Shown here: in pieces, positions 60,354 through 64,000 of the stretch
How positions within the stretch are numbered: the first letter of the stretch is position 1
How the letters are laid out: the number at the start of each line of letters is the position of its first letter
Origin: Bryobacterales bacterium
GTDB taxonomy: Bacteria; Acidobacteriota; Terriglobia; Bryobacterales; UBA6623
Direction: 5' to 3'
Assembly (NCBI GenBank): GCA_963422375.2
Contig: OY729427.2
Span: 1,312,001 to 1,376,000, forward strand
Length of the DNA: 64,000 bases
Translations under genes and position numbers: made by a program
Notes under the pieces: model-generated
Databases searched by the model: none
Seen by the model: the letters and a program-made list of their open reading frames with translations, nothing else
Told to the model about the DNA's origin: nothing

Positions 60354-61112
60354 ATGGCCTCGCAGCCTCCCTTCCGCCTCGATGGCCGAACGGCGCTGGT
60401 GACCGGAGGGGCGAGCGGAATCGGCGAGCGGACCGTGCGGGCGCTGGCCGGCAGCGGGGCGCACGTGCTCGTCGCGGATATCAACGAAGGCGCGGCCCGG
60501 GCCCTGGCGGCCGAGGTCGGAAACGCCGCGGCGATCCGCCTTGACGTGACGGATCCGTCCGGCATCGTACCGGCTCTCGGCCAGGTCGAGGCTCTCGACA
60601 TCCTCGTCAACAACGCCGGCATCGGGCACGTCGGCTCGGTCGAGGAGTGCCCTGTCGACGAGTGGAGGGCCGTCATGCGGGTCAACGCCGAGGGCGTCTT
60701 CCTCGTCACCCAAGCGGCCCTGCCCCTGCTGCTGCGATCCGCCTGTCCGAGCGTCGTGAATATCGCGTCCGTTGCCGGCCTAGTCGGCGTCAAGCGGCGC
60801 TTCGCGTATTGCGCCTCCAAGGGTGCGGTGGTCAGCATGACCCGCTCGCTCGCGGCGGACTACGCCGGTCGGCTGCGAGTCAATTGCGTCTGCCCCGGCA
60901 CGGTCGACACGCCCTTCGTCGAGGCCTACTTGGAGAAATACCATAGCCACGAGAAGGTCGCGGTGCGCAAGCAGCTCGACGCCCGCCAGCCGGTCGGGCG
61001 ACTCGGCAGGCCGGAAGAGATCGCCCACCTCGTGCTGTACCTCTGCTCCGACGAAGCCGAGTTCGTGCATGGCGCGACGATGGCGATCGACGGCGGCTGG
61101 ACCGCGCTCTAG
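60354..61112 (+). CDS. SDR family oxidoreductase
   Basis: TGGASGIG, NNAG, YCASK, PGTVDT. Confidence 0.93.
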   Translation: MASQPPFRLDGRTALVTGGASGIGERTVRALAGSGAHVLVADINEGAARALAAEVGNAAAIRLDVTDPSGIVPALGQVEALDILVNNAGIGHVGSVEECPVDEWRAVMRVNAEGVFLVTQAALPLLLRSACPSVVNIASVAGLVGVKRRFAYCASKGAVVSMTRSLAADYAGRLRVNCVCPGTVDTPFVEAYLEKYHSHEKVAVRKQLDARQPVGRLGRPEEIAHLVLYLCSDEAEFVHGATMAIDGGWTAL

Positions 61113-61199
61113 CCCGGGGCGCGGCGGTGGCGCCGGGAGCGAGCGGTCGCACTGACGAGCCCCTTCCGTACCATGAAGCTTGGCGCACGCCGCCCGCCC

Positions 61200-63452
61200 A
61201 TGCACGGCCGCCCAACGCCCATCCTGAAGGACTTGGTGCTCGTCGGCGGCGGGCACAGTCACATCACCGTGCTGAAACGGTTCGGCATGGATCACGTGCC
61301 GGGCGTGCAGCTGACGTTGGTGTGCCGGGACGTCCACACGCCGTACTCGGGGATGCTGCCGGGCCTGATCGCGGGGCACTACACCTACGACGAGGCGCAC
61401 ATCGACCTGCGCAAGCTCGCCATCTTCGCCGGCGCCCGATTCGTGCACGACGAAGCGATCCGGCTGGATCCGGCGGGACGCAGGCTGCTCTTCCGCGACC
61501 GGCCCGCGATGCGCTACGACCTGCTCTCCCTGAACATCGGATCGACCCCCGACACGCGCCGCGTTCCGGGTGCCGCGGAACTCGCCGTGCCCGTGAAGCC
61601 GATCAGCGAGTTCCTGCCGCGCTGGAACGCGCTGCTGCGGCGCCTCCAGGGCGTCGGGGGGCGCCCTCGCATCGCCGTGGTCGGAGCCGGCGCGGGAGGC
61701 GTCGAGCTGGCCCTCGCGATCCAGCACCGGCTGCGGTCGAGCCGCGGCCCGTCCGGCGCTACCGCGGACCCCCACATCCACCTGTTCAGCGCGACGACGG
61801 CGATCCTGCCCAAGCACGGCTCGCTCGCCAGGCGGAAGTTCGAGCGAATCCTCGCGGAGCGCGGCATCTCGGTGCATTGCGGCTCGCGCGTCCGCGAGGT
61901 CACCGCGGACGGCCTGATCACCGCGGACGGCTGGCGAGGCAGGTTCAACGAGGTTGTCTGGGTGACCAAGGCCGCAGCCGCCGGCTGGATAGCGGAGTCG
62001 GGCCTCGCCACGAGCGAGGGCGGCTTCGCGCGGGTCGACGAGGCCTTGCGCTCCGTGTCCCACCCGAACGTGTTCGCCGCCGGGGACGTGGCCGACGTGG
62101 AGGACCATCCGCGCCAGAAGGCCGGCGTGTTCGCCGTCCGCCAGGGCCGGCCGCTCGAGCGGAACCTGCGCCGGGCCCTCTGGGGCAGGCCGCCGCTGCC
62201 GTTCCGACCGCAGCGGCGCTTCCTCAGCCTCGTCAGCACGGGAGACCGTTACGCGGTCGCTTTCCGGGGAGGCTGGTCGGTCGAGGGCGTGTGGGCCTGG
62301 AAGTGGAAGGACTGGATCGACCGGCGGTTCATGGCCAAGTACCGCGACCTCCCGGAAATGGCCAGCGCGGATCCCCGGCCGGCAGAGCCGCCGGTCGCGA
62401 CGGGCGAGGCGCCCCCTCCCGAGCGCGATATCCGCTGCCGGGGATGCGCCTCCAAGATCGGCGCGGCCGCGCTTGTCGGCGCCCTCGACTCGATCGAGCC
62501 CTTCTGGCGCGAGGACGTTCCGGCGGGGCTGGCGACCCGCGACGACGCGGCGGTCCTCGACGTGCCCCCCGGCAAGTCGTTGGTGCAGTCGGTGGACTTC
62601 TTCCCGGCCATCGTGGACGACCCCTACCTGTTCGGGAAGATCGCAGCCAACCACGCCCTGAGCGACATCTACGCGATGGGCGCCGTGCCGCAGTCGGCAC
62701 TGGCCGTCGCGGGTATTCCGTTCGCGGCGTCGGACAAGTCCGAGGACCTGCTGCGGCAGATGCTCCTGGGCGCCAACGAGACCTTCCGCGAGGCGCAGAC
62801 GAACCTCGCGGGCGGGCACACCAGCGAGTGCCCGGAATTGGCGCTCGGCTTCGTGGTCAACGGCCTGGCCGATCGCGGCCGCCTGCTGCGCAAGGCCGGC
62901 CTGCGGCGCGGCGACGCGCTCATCCTGACCAAGGCGCTGGGAACCGGCGTGCTGTTCGCCGCCGAGATGCGGCTCGCCGTGAAGGGGCGTTGGATCGACG
63001 CCGCGATCCGGTCGATGCTGCAGTCCTCCCGGTGCGCGGCGGAAATCCTGCGGGCGCACGGCGCGGCGGCCTGCACGGACATCACCGGATTCGGGCTGGC
63101 GGGCCACCTAGTCGAGATGCTGGAAGCGTCCGGCGCGGCAGCGGCGATCGAGCTGGACGCCCTGCCGGGGATCCCCGGAGCGGCGGAGTGCGTGGACTCG
63201 GGCGTCCGCAGCTCCCTCTATCCGGACAACGCGAAGATCTGGGAACGGGCGGCCAACGGAGCCGGGACGCCGCGGCACGCGCTGTTCCCGCTGCTCTTCG
63301 ACCCGCAGACCTCGGGCGGACTGCTAGCGGGGATCCCCGAGGAAAGCGCGGCGGCCTGCCTGCAGGACCTGCAAGCGGCCGGGTACGCCCGGGCCGCGCG
63401 GATCGGCTGCGTGCGCGAGCGGGCAGGCGCGAGCATCCTCGTCGCGCGATAG
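61200..63452 (+). CDS. selD: Selenide, water dikinase fused to N-terminal FAD-dependent pyridine nucleotide-disulfide oxidoreductase
   Basis: LVGGGHSH, GAGAGG, FAAGD; CRGCASK, DDAAV, QSVDFF, HALSDIYAMG, GGHT, TDITGFGLAGH, DPQTSGGLL. Confidence 0.92.
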   Translation: MHGRPTPILKDLVLVGGGHSHITVLKRFGMDHVPGVQLTLVCRDVHTPYSGMLPGLIAGHYTYDEAHIDLRKLAIFAGARFVHDEAIRLDPAGRRLLFRDRPAMRYDLLSLNIGSTPDTRRVPGAAELAVPVKPISEFLPRWNALLRRLQGVGGRPRIAVVGAGAGGVELALAIQHRLRSSRGPSGATADPHIHLFSATTAILPKHGSLARRKFERILAERGISVHCGSRVREVTADGLITADGWRGRFNEVVWVTKAAAAGWIAESGLATSEGGFARVDEALRSVSHPNVFAAGDVADVEDHPRQKAGVFAVRQGRPLERNLRRALWGRPPLPFRPQRRFLSLVSTGDRYAVAFRGGWSVEGVWAWKWKDWIDRRFMAKYRDLPEMASADPRPAEPPVATGEAPPPERDIRCRGCASKIGAAALVGALDSIEPFWREDVPAGLATRDDAAVLDVPPGKSLVQSVDFFPAIVDDPYLFGKIAANHALSDIYAMGAVPQSALAVAGIPFAASDKSEDLLRQMLLGANETFREAQTNLAGGHTSECPELALGFVVNGLADRGRLLRKAGLRRGDALILTKALGTGVLFAAEMRLAVKGRWIDAAIRSMLQSSRCAAEILRAHGAAACTDITGFGLAGHLVEMLEASGAAAAIELDALPGIPGAAECVDSGVRSSLYPDNAKIWERAANGAGTPRHALFPLLFDPQTSGGLLAGIPEESAAACLQDLQAAGYARAARIGCVRERAGASILVAR

Positions 63453-63478
63453 CGCGGCGGGACGTCGCGCGGAGGCCA

Positions 63479-64000
63479 TCAGCGGAAGAAGAGCTCCTGG
63501 CCCGCCACGGCCAGCGCGTGCGCGACCATGGCAGCCGTCACGCTGCCCGCTAGGGCGTACGCCCTGCCGCAGAACCATCCGAGCACGGCGGCCGTCGCGG
63601 CGTAGGGAAGGTTGGGGAACGCCCCCCGGCCGAGGTGGACCGCCCCGAAGACCAGGGCGGAGAGGCCCTGCGCGAGCCTCGGCCTGCCGGTCGAGGCCGC
63701 GACCAGGTTCTGCACGACGCCGCGCAGCAGGAATTCCTCCGCGAGGGCCGTCGTGCAGTAAATCCCCACCAGCTTCGCCAGGGCCTCTCCCACGTCGCGA
63801 ACCGGCGTGACGAGCGGAGGGTCCCATTGCAAGTAGCCGGTCGAGACGCCCACCGCCACCACCCACGGCAGCGAATAGCCGGAACTTTCCAGCCCGACCT
63901 TCCAGTCGCGACGCGTCGGCACGAGACGGAAGCCCGTGCCCTGCAGGCGTCGGAGTTCTAGGAACGCGTACATGCCGAGCGGGATCAGCATGAGCTTTCC
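63479..64000 (-). CDS. CPBP (CAAX/Abi) intramembrane metalloprotease, 5' end outside window
   Basis: AEEFLLRG, FGAVH, HALAV motifs. Confidence 0.85.
   Translation of the reverse strand, partial: GKLMLIPLGMYAFLELRRLQGTGFRLVPTRRDWKVGLESSGYSLPWVVAVGVSTGYLQWDPPLVTPVRDVGEALAKLVGIYCTTALAEEFLLRGVVQNLVAASTGRPRLAQGLSALVFGAVHLGRGAFPNLPYAATAAVLGWFCGRAYALAGSVTAAMVAHALAVAGQELFFR

Overview
High-GC bacterial chromosome segment, most likely Acidobacteriota (Bryobacterales-like; inferred from Oar-type TonB receptors, VWA/CRTAC1 proteins, sulfatases and a BamA/TamA-SurA-TamB cluster). It is mostly housekeeping/catabolic genes (rmuC, MoeB/ThiF, tsaD, E1 alpha/beta, PQQ dehydrogenase, cysE, selD fusion) with two accessory zones. 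The first is ~9.6-22.6 kb, an IS graveyard (three IS1595 subgroups, IS1380, IS30, a MITE, a MmeI-type remnant) built around three tandem ~1.6-kb units, each holding an intact small coiled-coil membrane-anchored gene with 2, 5 or 3 hendecad repeats. The second is 34.66-37.41 kb, a lower-GC three-gene ABC-3C/Lamassu-type defence operon whose ATPase Walker A reads NGLEKS. The most unusual signal is a ~240-nt structured leader upstream of tsaD. It has a 15-nt perfect complement to the 16S 3' end driving an 18-codon uORF in which 8 of the first 10 codons are ANN (the class read by t6A-modified tRNAs), which suggests a t6A-sensing attenuator. Also notable is an ECF sigma / zf-HC2 anti-sigma with a periplasmic HNH-like domain, divergent from a TonB receptor. 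All calls are by eye; no searches were run.
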